From the NCBI GenBank assembly GCA_963664875.1, contig OY761611.1, positions 800,001 to 864,000 on the forward strand: DNA of 64,000 nucleotides. The letters are read 5' to 3'. Every line of letters starts with the position of its first letter. The stretch's first letter is position 1. This document shows, piece after piece, positions 1 through 9,563 of this stretch. The notes beneath the pieces were generated by a model. That model had not been told where the DNA came from, searched no databases, and saw nothing but the letters and a program-made list of their open reading frames with translations. Both the position numbers and the translations under genes were made by a program. Origin of the DNA: Candidatus Kapaibacterium sp. (GTDB taxonomy: Bacteria > Bacteroidota > Ignavibacteria > Kapaibacteriales > UBA2268).

Positions 1-3000
1 ATTTAACGCGTAAGTTCTGTGGATTTGTTCCTACAAATGCGTAATCTGTCATGAATTTTGAATATACTGAGTATTTGTCTGCTCCTGCCCATGCTTGCCA
101 TTGTGCCAATGTTTTGTATTCATTGATTGCTGCATCTGACAATTTGTTGCCGGCTGCATCTGTTTCTATCCAACGGTAAACTGATGATGCTGAGTTTTCT
201 GTCCAATATACGTTGCGGTCAGAAATTACGCCTGCCTCTTCCATTGAAGGTCCTTGGTAGAACACGCATGCTGATACAGGGCAAGTTGCTGCATAGTCGT
301 TATCCATTGTTGCGATTGCGTTGTTTTTGAGTACTGTACCCATTACGTTTTGAAGACCTACGCCCATTACTGCACGTGTGTTCATTACGCCGTCATCGCC
401 GTTTACTATGATTGTATTATTTACGATTGCGTCATTTCTTGAGAAGTAATCTGACTGCAATGGTGAGTCAAAACTGTTGCGTTGTGTGAATACGTAAATA
501 CCTGCTCTTGCTGTATTTGCGTCGTTTGGCAACAATTCCCATACGATGTTACCTGCGATTACCATTGATTCAGGATTTACCGGGAATGTTGTAAGCAAGC
601 TACCTTCGATTAGCTGTTGTGGTGATTGCTCTACGCGAATACCACTTACCATGCCTGTACCGCTGATGCTGCTGATTTCGTTGTTCAATATGTTTACCAT
701 ACGGTTGTTGTAGCCGAAATAGCCACGTGCTGACTGACCGCCTGCCATGATACCTGCTGCGTCAAGGCCTGTGCAACCGCCTTCGATGTCATATATTCTG
801 TTACCGCTGATTTCTGTGTGTTTTTCATGACCTACAAAAACGCCTGCGCGGCCTACATTATGAATTACGTTGTTGCTGATTACGTTGTTTTCGTTGAAAT
901 GCTCTACGTTATGGCCTAAACCTTGTACGAGCAACTGACCGATACCCATAGAAGCAACACCATAAGCGAATCCGCTGATTTCGTTGTTCATGATTACGTT
1001 GTTTGCATTTACAAGGGTATCAAGACCGTCTGTGTTTGCATTGAATTTTTCGTTAATCGGTGCTTTACTGCGCATCACGATACCGGCTGTGTAAGCCAAT
1101 GTATTTGAGCGTTTGTCTGCTTCGTATTTGAAGCCGCCCTGTGCTGCTGAATATACTGTCAATGGCAATGAGCATTTGAAGCTGCCTGCATCTGTACCTT
1201 CGATTATACAATTTTTGATTGTATTGTTTGATGCACCGTTACCCAAATAGAACACTGCTTTGAATGGTTCGTCTGTGTCTAATGTGAATTTGATTGATTT
1301 CTGGCTGCCACCATCAAATGTGATGTAACCCGGTGAATTTGCATAGTCACGTTTCAATGTTGCTCTTACTACATTAATTGCTGCTGCTGCATTGCTGTGC
1401 TCTGCTGCCTGGGCAATGAACACACCAATACCGTTACCGCTTTTCATGTTAATTGTAATTGAACCTTTGCTCACTGCACGGCTTTGTGATGGTTTGAACA
1501 CGATTGGGTGATCTTCGCCGCCGCCGATGATGTGTGATGACAAGTCCATTGCAGGATTTTGGCCAATTTTGCTACCTACTGTGTATGATGCATCTGTCAA
1601 TTCAAATGTTACAGGACCGTAAACACCTGATTCATATATCATATCCAATGCATCTTGGATTGTAGCAAAGTTACGTGTGCTTGATGAGTTTGTTGTACCG
1701 ATTGTGTATGTACCTGACAAGGAGTTAATAACTGTGAATGTTGTTTCATACATATCATTAGCTTTATTGTCATCTGTTGTTAGTGATGTATATACTTTGG
1801 CTGTATATGTGCCTGCCATTGCAGGGATAAATTCTACAGGCAAGTATTCTTTCATTGTGTTGTATAAGCCTGATGGTACTACTTCTACTTCGAAGTCTTC
1901 ATCATAAACTACTGCGCCGTTTGGTGCTTTGATTTGCAATTTTGTCGGTACGTTAGATAAGTCAAGAATACCGTTGTTTTTTAATTCGATTCTTGGGATT
2001 ATCGGACGACCTACATAGTTATTTGAGCCTACAGGTGCGATTACTGCTATTGGCTGTGCATCGCGTTGGTATGCTACTTCAAATACGTGTGCAGCCTGGC
2101 CAACTTTTGGATATACGTTGTTTGCAGGTGCTTCGTCAAATGCACTTATCAATTCCACTTCAAATTCGATGCGGAAATTACCAACACCGTCTTTGGCTCT
2201 GTATGGATCTAATTCCATTACTGTCAAATCGCCTGTTGATAGTGGTGCTGATGTATTTTTCCAGCGTTCTGACGTTTCGAATACAGGATTTGTTCCGTTT
2301 TCAGGATATACTTTTGCTGTGATTTCAAATTCGCTTACATCATAAAGACCTACGTTTGTTACTGTTGCTGTGATTGGAACAGGAACGTTTTTGCCATATT
2401 TCATTTTTGGCATTTTGATTGGTTTTCTTACTGATGTAATTGCAATATCATTGTCGATTGCGATTACAAAATCTTTATATTTTGTAAGTGTCATAGGCTG
2501 ACCTTCAAAGGTGAAGCTTAGCTCAGCTATTGCACGGTATGAACCACCTTCGATTTGCAACTGATTTGTCTGTAAATCAAACACACCTGTGTTGTCAGGA
2601 TTTGCTGTGCCACCTACGTTGTCAGGGTTGTTTGCATCATATTCTGCTGCCAAACCTGTTGCATGAGTTACTGTCATTCTTGCAACTTCGCCTAATGGCT
2701 GCGGGTTTGGTGTAATTAAGTTAGATGCTACATTGCCTTCTACTTTTGCTTCATAAACTACTGTTTCTAATGGCAAAGGGCCAATTACTTTGTATTTATA
2801 AGATATGTTTGGCATGCCATCTACGCGTTTTACGTCAACCCATGGTTGTCCCATTTTGTAGCCACGTGAAAATACGGCTACGCCATCTTCGGGATTCTCT
2901 GGGAAGAGATCAACGATATCCGGTGTCTTTGGTTTTACAATTAGGGTATAGTCAAGTGCTTGCCCATATCCATATGTACCGCAACCAGTGTTTAAGAAAG

Positions 3001-3475
3001 TATTATCATAGCTGTATTCTGTATTAAGGAGTCTCATTCTGTACTCACCACCATCTACATCTTGTGGTATTTGGATGGTAACTTGATGCAAACTTGCGTA
3101 ATTAGGAGATTTCCAAATCATTTCATTTTCATCTTCAAAATCTCCATCATAGTTGAAATCAACGAGAATAGAAACTCCGTTTTGATATTCATAAGTGTCG
3201 TAAGTCAACCAATAAAAACCGGTACACTCGAAATCCACCATGTCCCCGGCAGTAACAGTTAGTGTAGGATGAGATGCTGTCAAGTCTGCATAGCCTATAT
3301 TTATAAATTCAGCATCGGAGTTCAAAAAATCTTCTCCGTTGAATTTGATTGTAATGAAACAATCGGGGCTTGTTCCATATGCAGTACAAGCAGCAGGTGG
3401 AGTTGCCCAAACCTGCAGAGTAGTAACTATGGCGATAGCCACTACTGCGAAAATACTTTGTAGGAATCTTTTCAT
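1..3475 (-). CDS. Large secreted/surface protein, partial (runs off the left end): signal peptide, GEVED-like domain, Ig/CARDB-like domains, right-handed beta-helix region
   Basis: Absent from the ORF track because it has no stop in the window. Manual translation from ATG 3475 gives MKRFLQSIFAVVAIAIVTTLQVWATPP..., a GEVED-like stretch (VDFNYDGDFEDENE...EYRMR...YGQALDYTLIV) and beta-helix-like repeats (NNVISNNVIHNVG, EISGNRIYDI, NILNNEISSI). Confidence 0.85.
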   Translation of the reverse strand, partial: MKRFLQSIFAVVAIAIVTTLQVWATPPAACTAYGTSPDCFITIKFNGEDFLNSDAEFINIGYADLTASHPTLTVTAGDMVDFECTGFYWLTYDTYEYQNGVSILVDFNYDGDFEDENEMIWKSPNYASLHQVTIQIPQDVDGGEYRMRLLNTEYSYDNTFLNTGCGTYGYGQALDYTLIVKPKTPDIVDLFPENPEDGVAVFSRGYKMGQPWVDVKRVDGMPNISYKYKVIGPLPLETVVYEAKVEGNVASNLITPNPQPLGEVARMTVTHATGLAAEYDANNPDNVGGTANPDNTGVFDLQTNQLQIEGGSYRAIAELSFTFEGQPMTLTKYKDFVIAIDNDIAITSVRKPIKMPKMKYGKNVPVPITATVTNVGLYDVSEFEITAKVYPENGTNPVFETSERWKNTSAPLSTGDLTVMELDPYRAKDGVGNFRIEFEVELISAFDEAPANNVYPKVGQAAHVFEVAYQRDAQPIAVIAPVGSNNYVGRPIIPRIELKNNGILDLSNVPTKLQIKAPNGAVVYDEDFEVEVVPSGLYNTMKEYLPVEFIPAMAGTYTAKVYTSLTTDDNKANDMYETTFTVINSLSGTYTIGTTNSSSTRNFATIQDALDMIYESGVYGPVTFELTDASYTVGSKIGQNPAMDLSSHIIGGGEDHPIVFKPSQSRAVSKGSITINMKSGNGIGVFIAQAAEHSNAAAAINVVRATLKRDYANSPGYITFDGGSQKSIKFTLDTDEPFKAVFYLGNGASNNTIKNCIIEGTDAGSFKCSLPLTVYSAAQGGFKYEADKRSNTLAYTAGIVMRSKAPINEKFNANTDGLDTLVNANNVIMNNEISGFAYGVASMGIGQLLVQGLGHNVEHFNENNVISNNVIHNVGRAGVFVGHEKHTEISGNRIYDIEGGCTGLDAAGIMAGGQSARGYFGYNNRMVNILNNEISSISGTGMVSGIRVEQSPQQLIEGSLLTTFPVNPESMVIAGNIVWELLPNDANTARAGIYVFTQRNSFDSPLQSDYFSRNDAIVNNTIIVNGDDGVMNTRAVMGVGLQNVMGTVLKNNAIATMDNDYAATCPVSACVFYQGPSMEEAGVISDRNVYWTENSASSVYRWIETDAAGNKLSDAAINEYKTLAQWQAWAGADKYSVYSKFMTDYAFVGTNPQNLRVK

Positions 3476-3809
3476 AAGACTCACCTATTAGTTTAACAAA
3501 CAAGAATATATTCTGTCATGTAATATATTTAGAATGCAATATATATAAACCATAACACAATCTCAACCGCTTTGTTACAGTGTTTTTATTCTTTTTTCAA
3601 CACCCAAACACTTTGCATTGCATTATAACTTCAGAAACAATTACTTCCGCAACTTTTACAGACTTATTTTGATTTGTATAACTTCATAGCAATATATTTT
3701 ATAAGACTATTTGGAATGCTTTATCTGTTTGTATGTAATCTATTTTGTCTTTTTTTTTATTGTTTTTTGTTTGTAGTTTGTTTGCACTTAGTATTTAAAA
3801 GGTATTGTT

Positions 3810-4937
3810 ATGAAAATGGATATATACAAAATTGGCGGGATTGTTTTTAGAACGCCTCAGGGCTTTGAAAGCCTTAAGGAAGTTCTCAATAATCAGAATC
3901 AAAATACTTTTATTGTTGTGTCAGCCATAGGGAAAACATCTCGTAACTTGCGAAGCTGCATAAACTTTGCTGCTGCAGGGAAGTTTGAAGAATCGATTGA
4001 TATGGTTGACTCTATTATAGACTTACATGAATCATTGGCAGATTCGATTCTTTCTGAAATAAATCGAAAAGCTTACGACTCCTTTTTGAATAATAGGAAA
4101 AATTTATTAGCCGAAAAACTAAAAGGACTTAGCTTGATTAAGGATATTAGTCCCTCAATTTCTGATTATATTTTGGCTGAAGGCGAGAATTTAGCTTTAC
4201 AACTCATTTATTTATTTATTGAAGAACACTTTTCTTCTATTACAAAACTCTCTTCGGAACAACATATTGTTACAAATAATAACTATGGGAAAGCAATACC
4301 TCAACGAGAAATTTGTATTGATTTGATTCAAAATTCTATCAAAATTTTTCCCACAAAATTTTATATGATGCAGGGTTTTTCTGGCATTTCTTTAGAAAAA
4401 AAATTATCAACAATGGGTTTTGAAAGTTCAAACCTTACCGCATGTATTGTAGCGGCTGCAGCTGATGCAAAAGAACTGGTAATATGGAGCGATGTTGACG
4501 GAATTTTTGGAATAGATCCTAAGTTTGCTCCTTCTCGTCAGTTGGATCACTTGTCTCTTGAAGACGCTAAAAAATTGGCATTAGAAGGCTTGAAGTTGAT
4601 TTACTTACCAATGATAGAATATTCGAAAGAGTATGGATTTGATATTCGAATTAAAAACATATATAATCCTAATGCCCAAGGCACTCTAATTTCTTACGAT
4701 GTAAAAACGGATGATTTCCCTGTTATAGTCATGAAAGAGGATGGTGCAACAGATTTGGAATTATCTATAAATTTTATTGATTACACAAAAGCATTGTTCC
4801 TATTAAGTCAATTAACTAATAAACAAGTCTTTACTTCGGAATATAGGTATATGGACAAAAAACTTCAACTCCGATTCGATAACTCGACTATTTCCAATGT
4901 TGCATTATTAAAGGAAATTGGTAGTATTTTGTATTAA
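3810..4937 (+). CDS. Aspartate kinase family protein, divergent, no clear ACT domains
   Basis: KIGG, VVSAIGKT, AEGE, QGF, IWSDVDGIFGIDP motifs of the aspartokinase fold. Confidence 0.75.
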   Translation: MKMDIYKIGGIVFRTPQGFESLKEVLNNQNQNTFIVVSAIGKTSRNLRSCINFAAAGKFEESIDMVDSIIDLHESLADSILSEINRKAYDSFLNNRKNLLAEKLKGLSLIKDISPSISDYILAEGENLALQLIYLFIEEHFSSITKLSSEQHIVTNNNYGKAIPQREICIDLIQNSIKIFPTKFYMMQGFSGISLEKKLSTMGFESSNLTACIVAAAADAKELVIWSDVDGIFGIDPKFAPSRQLDHLSLEDAKKLALEGLKLIYLPMIEYSKEYGFDIRIKNIYNPNAQGTLISYDVKTDDFPVIVMKEDGATDLELSINFIDYTKALFLLSQLTNKQVFTSEYRYMDKKLQLRFDNSTISNVALLKEIGSILY

Positions 4938-4942
4938 TTTTG

Positions 4943-6370
4943 TTATGAGCGTGAGGAAAAATTCTTTATAAAAGCAAAGTTCTCGTAGTTAACCCTTATA
5001 GTCAGATAAATACCGAGAGCTAAAAGAAAGAAGCTGCCTCCCCACATCGACCAAAAAGGAGATACGATTCCTTCATCTCCGAGCTTTTCTCCACCAATCA
5101 GAAACACCCAATAAATAATATAAAATCCTAAAGATATCGCGGCACTGATTCCAAAGTTGCCTCCTTTGGTCATTACTCCGAGAGGGCAACCAACTAAAAC
5201 GAAAATCAGGCAGGACAGCGGCATCGAATATTTTTTGAAAATTTCTACCTGATATGCTGCAGCACGGCTTGTATAAGAATCAATTCTTGATTTGTTGGAG
5301 CTCAAAATGCCAAACATTGTTGTAAGCTGTTGAGAAATGCTCCTGAATGTAACAGATGAGTCATGAACCTGATTGACAGATAATAATCTATGTTCGGTTT
5401 TTGTGGTATTTGTATCTCTCAGAGCGGATATTACATTCTGGTTGCTAATATCACTATCAACTATTTTTTCTTTTTCTCTTTTACCAGTCAAAATATATGC
5501 GAGATGCGCATCTAACAACTTTTCACTTATATCTGCAAGCGAATCTGCGTTTCTGAGGTTCCCTTCTGATATTAGTTCCATAGCTTTAATCGGAAGCTCT
5601 CTTTCGCCTTTGCTAATATCACCTTCCTGCGTTCTTTCCAATTCGAAACCTTTGGCAGGTACTGAGATATTATACTCTTCGAAAGTTATTATTTTGTAGT
5701 CATGTGGCGATTCTTTTTTGAATCTGTGTATCTCGCCGTGATACAAATCAATACTCAGCTTTCCCCCACCGGGAGCAGATTTGATAACCCCAGAGTCAGC
5801 AGAAATAATATTTTCTTGTTTATATCCACCTGATTTGTCGTAAATAGTTACTGCATACAGATTGCCGTTTGAAGAATCTACCCTTTGCGGAAAAATCGTA
5901 AATCCATCTAAATCCGAAGATACTTTACCGGATTCTAAAGCAAATGTTGGTCGTAAGCGATGCAAATCCATAATCAGGGTTTTGAGTCTATGATTTGTAT
6001 CGGGCAACACATAATCATTGAACCAAAACATTGCACCTGAAATTACTATCCCAAAAAAAACCGGATACCTCATCATCCTAATCAGGCTGCCACCGCTTGC
6101 TTTGACAATTGTTACCTCACTTGTAGAAGAAAGATTACCAAATGTCATAAGACAGGAAAACAGAACACCCATGGGCACAGCTAAAACTAAAATCCAAGCT
6201 AAAGTTAGAGTCAATAACTCTCCAATCACCATTAGCTGAATACCTTTGCCTAAGAGATTGTCTAACTCTTTCATAATAAACTGCATAAGGAACAAAAACA
6301 TAACTGTTCCTACCCCAAACAAGAAAGGTGCTGTAAGGTGTTTGACTATATATCTATCTATAATTTTCAT
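4943..6370 (-). CDS. LptF/LptG family LPS export permease
   Basis: MKIIDRYI start, 3+3 TM layout, SEVTIVKASGGS and KKYSMPLSC...GCPLG motifs. Start moved to ATG 6370. Confidence 0.9.
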   Translation of the reverse strand: MKIIDRYIVKHLTAPFLFGVGTVMFLFLMQFIMKELDNLLGKGIQLMVIGELLTLTLAWILVLAVPMGVLFSCLMTFGNLSSTSEVTIVKASGGSLIRMMRYPVFFGIVISGAMFWFNDYVLPDTNHRLKTLIMDLHRLRPTFALESGKVSSDLDGFTIFPQRVDSSNGNLYAVTIYDKSGGYKQENIISADSGVIKSAPGGGKLSIDLYHGEIHRFKKESPHDYKIITFEEYNISVPAKGFELERTQEGDISKGERELPIKAMELISEGNLRNADSLADISEKLLDAHLAYILTGKREKEKIVDSDISNQNVISALRDTNTTKTEHRLLSVNQVHDSSVTFRSISQQLTTMFGILSSNKSRIDSYTSRAAAYQVEIFKKYSMPLSCLIFVLVGCPLGVMTKGGNFGISAAISLGFYIIYWVFLIGGEKLGDEGIVSPFWSMWGGSFFLLALGIYLTIRVNYENFAFIKNFSSRS

Positions 6371-6511
6371 TAGTAAACTCGTAGTTTTGTGCTTTTTCAA
6401 ATATATGATTTTCTCGAAACAAAATAATTCATATTATTTATTTGGAATATATTTTATTGTTTAATATCTTTGTATCTCAATATAGTATATAATCAAAGAA
6501 AAGGAAATACA

Positions 6512-6880
6512 ATGTACACGGTTTTGATGATTTTGACTCTATTAGCATCTGTGTTGCTAATTTTAGTTGTCTTGGTGCAACCAGGTAAAGGCGAAATGAT
6601 TTCAGGAATGAGCGGTCTTGGCGGTGCAATGAGTTCTGCTTTTGGCTCGACTCGAGCAGTAAAAGGCTTACAAAAACTTACTATATACCTCGCAGCAATC
6701 ATAGCAGGCTTAGTGCTTGTTATCAATTTATTCTTCGTAGGTCAGAGCGGTACATCAAACGCTCCTAAACCTGTAACAGAAGGTGCAGCAGTTCCTGTAA
6801 CTGAACAAACTACTCAAACTCCTGTTGCTAAACCTCAGGTTGAAAAAACTCAAGAAGCTCCGGTTGAAGAAGCAAAATAG
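6512..6880 (+). CDS. secG: Preprotein translocase subunit SecG
   Basis: VLVQPGKG...SAFG...LQKLT pattern, two TMs, AAGGA SD before ATG 6512. Confidence 0.92.
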   Translation: MYTVLMILTLLASVLLILVVLVQPGKGEMISGMSGLGGAMSSAFGSTRAVKGLQKLTIYLAAIIAGLVLVINLFFVGQSGTSNAPKPVTEGAAVPVTEQTTQTPVAKPQVEKTQEAPVEEAK

Positions 6881-6910
6881 TCTAATAAAATATATAAATA
6901 TTTTTGTTCG

Positions 6911-6945
6911 AGCTGTGTCTTTTTTAAAGATACAGCTTTTTTTTT
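6911..6945 (+). terminator. Intrinsic terminator after secG
   Basis: AGCTGTGTCTTT/AAAGATACAGCT stem followed by a T-run. Confidence 0.8.
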
Positions 6946-6952
6946 CTATTCC

Positions 6953-6978
6953 TGTGACAAAATGCTGCTTAAATTGTT
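6953..6978 (+). promoter_or_regulatory. Putative ECF-sigma autoregulatory promoter TGTGAC-N16-TGTT
   Basis: Directly upstream of the ECF gene. A near-identical TGTAAC-N16-TGTT lies at 3554-3579 on the minus strand. Confidence 0.4.
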
Positions 6979-7003
6979 TATATATAAAAGCGTATGAGGG
7001 GTA

Positions 7004-7582
7004 ATGCCGGACAATATGAAAAATATTACTGACGAAGTCTTATATTCTATGTTAGCTAATAAAGACGGAAGCGAAAAATCCGCCTTTGATGAGCTATATA
7101 GTCGCTATGCGTCAAAAATATATTCCTATTGTCTAAAAGTTATGGCAAGCGAAGAGACAGCCCAAGATATTTTTCAGGAAGCATTCACAAGAGTTTTTGA
7201 GAGTGCGAAAAAAAATACTTCGATGCAAAATTTTGCCGGATTTTTTATAAAAATCACTCGAAATCTATGCTTAAACGAAAAATCTAAAAAGCACCATAAG
7301 AATATTGAATTAGATGATTTCCAGTTTCCGGTTTACGATAAGTCATACGCACAAAAAGAATTGCTGGATTTGCTACAGATTACTGTAGATGAATTGCCGT
7401 TAGAATTCAAAGAAGCTTTTATACTCAAAGAATACATGAATATGAGCTACAAAGAAATAGCCGAAGAACTAAATTTGAGTGTTTCTACGGTTAGGATTAG
7501 AATATACCGAGCCAGATTGAAAATTAAAGAAATCATGGCTCCATATATAAGCGATATACAAAAAGGTGAAAACAATGTTTGA
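7004..7582 (+). CDS. ECF RNA polymerase sigma factor
   Basis: AFDELYSRY, AQDIFQEAF (region 2); LPLEFKEAFIL...SYKEIAEEL...TVRIRIYRAR (region 4). Confidence 0.95.
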   Translation: MPDNMKNITDEVLYSMLANKDGSEKSAFDELYSRYASKIYSYCLKVMASEETAQDIFQEAFTRVFESAKKNTSMQNFAGFFIKITRNLCLNEKSKKHHKNIELDDFQFPVYDKSYAQKELLDLLQITVDELPLEFKEAFILKEYMNMSYKEIAEELNLSVSTVRIRIYRARLKIKEIMAPYISDIQKGENNV

Positions 7583-8807
7583 AAAAGAATATCTTACTCC
7601 TTCTGAAAAGATTTCTGCTTTTTTGGATGGTGAGTTGCCGCAGGAAGATGTTCAATCGCTCTTTTATGAGATTGCTTCAGATTCTGAGCTTCAAGACGAA
7701 CTTAGAACTTTGGTATCTGTAAAAGAAATGACTAAAAGCAGCTTAATAATGCCTCCTCCGGCACTAAAAACCAACATAGATGCAGGTTTAGGACTAATTG
7801 ATAGTACTCCTACAGCAGTAGCGACAAATTCCGGCAGAGGCTTAGTTCCATTTCTAAATAACAAATTTTTCCTATCAGGAATGGCAGCACTGTTTTCTGC
7901 TCTTTTGACCTATTTTATAATGTTACCTGAAGAAAATATTGTAGCTAATTCTCAAATTGCCAAAACAGAGATTACTCAAAATACTGAAGCTAATTCAACT
8001 AAAAAAAATGCGGCTTTTCCGGTTATTAGCTCTTTTGAATCAAGTAAATCAACTGAAAACTCAAATAACTCCGGCAATAATGTAAATAATCGTATTGTTT
8101 ATATCAATACTCCTTTTAAATCAGACTCAGATATAATTACTGATAGTGATTTAGTTTTGACGGAAAAACAAACATCAGAAAGCGAATTAGATAATTCTTT
8201 ATCAGAAATTTATATTTCAAATCCTGTAAATTCAGATTTTAGCGTGGATTTTGAACTTCAAAATTCAAAGTATAAGTACAACAAGCCTTTGTCTAACAGG
8301 AAAGCTCCTCTTGAAATTCTTGAAAAATTTTATCTTGAAATGAAATATAATCAGGGCAGGTCTTATCCTGATTTGAATATACCGGTAGAAACTGAACCTA
8401 TTATCAACAATGTTGCTATCGGTTTGTTTTACAGGTACAACGAAAACAATTCTATCGGAATTGAATTCGGTCAGGAGAATTACTATCAACGTTATTTCTT
8501 TAAAGAAGGTGACTTAGTTAAAAGGTACGAACAAAACTGGATGGCGTTTTGGGGCGGCTTGACTTATAATTATGATTTTGGAAAAGTTGATTTTGTAGCA
8601 CCGCTTCATCCATATTACAGATTTATGATTGGTGGAACTCAGATTGGTCCTTTATTCAAATCATCAATCGGAGCTAAACTACCCGTTTCTGATAAGCTAT
8701 ACTTTGTATTGGCGGCAGAAGGTTCTTATCTTGTATATCATTTCCAGGGAAGAAGCTATTCTTCTTCGAGAGTTGGTTTATCTTTAGGTATGTCATTTGG
8801 ATTATAG
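7575..8807 (+). CDS. Anti-sigma factor with TM helix, long polar linker and C-terminal outer-membrane beta-barrel-like domain
   Basis: ISAFLDGEL anti-sigma N-terminus, overlap with the sigma gene, one TM, amphipathic beta-strands ending GLSLGMSFGL. Confidence 0.75.
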   Translation: MFEKEYLTPSEKISAFLDGELPQEDVQSLFYEIASDSELQDELRTLVSVKEMTKSSLIMPPPALKTNIDAGLGLIDSTPTAVATNSGRGLVPFLNNKFFLSGMAALFSALLTYFIMLPEENIVANSQIAKTEITQNTEANSTKKNAAFPVISSFESSKSTENSNNSGNNVNNRIVYINTPFKSDSDIITDSDLVLTEKQTSESELDNSLSEIYISNPVNSDFSVDFELQNSKYKYNKPLSNRKAPLEILEKFYLEMKYNQGRSYPDLNIPVETEPIINNVAIGLFYRYNENNSIGIEFGQENYYQRYFFKEGDLVKRYEQNWMAFWGGLTYNYDFGKVDFVAPLHPYYRFMIGGTQIGPLFKSSIGAKLPVSDKLYFVLAAEGSYLVYHFQGRSYSSSRVGLSLGMSFGL

Positions 8808-9563
8808 ATGAGAAAAACCATAAACATATTTCTGTCATTGATGATAATCGGATTTGTGGCTTGTACTTCTCCGCTTGATGTCCCTGCAAACCGAGAGGAA
8901 TATATTGACAATGCAAAAAGCAATTCTTTGCTTAATATAACTCCCACTACGCTCAATTTTGGCTATATCAATCTCTATGAAGAAGCTAAAATGCCATTTC
9001 AAATGACAAATATGAATACTTACGCTTACAAGCTGACTTCGCTGAACTTCGGGAAAAATACTAAGTTTTTTTTATATGATCTTGATTTGCCTATAGAAAT
9101 TGACAAAAAGGACACTCCAGGCTCAATCCAGCTGTTTCATGTAAGGTTTGCCCCTTTTTCTATTGGCGAGTTTTCTGACACTCTTGAAACAAATGGACTG
9201 ACAAATCCCAAGCTGATAGTACAGGCAATCGTTCCACATATTTTTGTTACAGACTTAAATTTTGGAACTATCTATGCCGGCGACAGCACAAGTAGAAATA
9301 TTATGGTTTATAATTACAGTGGCGAAAAAATTTCTGTAAAAGAGATTAAGTTTCATGACCAGGATGGTGTTTTTTACTGCAATTCCTATTTTGACACCGA
9401 AATAGATTTATTCGAAAAAACAGGAAAGCCGCTCGAAATCCCTATTACCTTTTATTCTACCAAAGAAAGCATCTTTAATGCCAGCTTAGAAATAATATTT
9501 GAACAAAGTCTAAGCGGAAAGCTGATTAAAAATACTGCAATTTTGGAAGCTGCTGCATTTTAA
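8808..9563 (+). CDS. Lipoprotein with two Ig-like (ASH/choice-of-anchor D-like) domains
   Basis: Lipobox FVAC; repeated LNFG...N...F.P pattern; abuts the anti-sigma stop. Confidence 0.65.
   Translation: MRKTINIFLSLMIIGFVACTSPLDVPANREEYIDNAKSNSLLNITPTTLNFGYINLYEEAKMPFQMTNMNTYAYKLTSLNFGKNTKFFLYDLDLPIEIDKKDTPGSIQLFHVRFAPFSIGEFSDTLETNGLTNPKLIVQAIVPHIFVTDLNFGTIYAGDSTSRNIMVYNYSGEKISVKEIKFHDQDGVFYCNSYFDTEIDLFEKTGKPLEIPITFYSTKESIFNASLEIIFEQSLSGKLIKNTAILEAAAF

Noticed and set aside
127-3503. Many short ORFs in the track
   Set aside because: Antisense or alternative-frame shadows of the giant minus-strand gene. The same applies to short ORFs overlapping other long genes.
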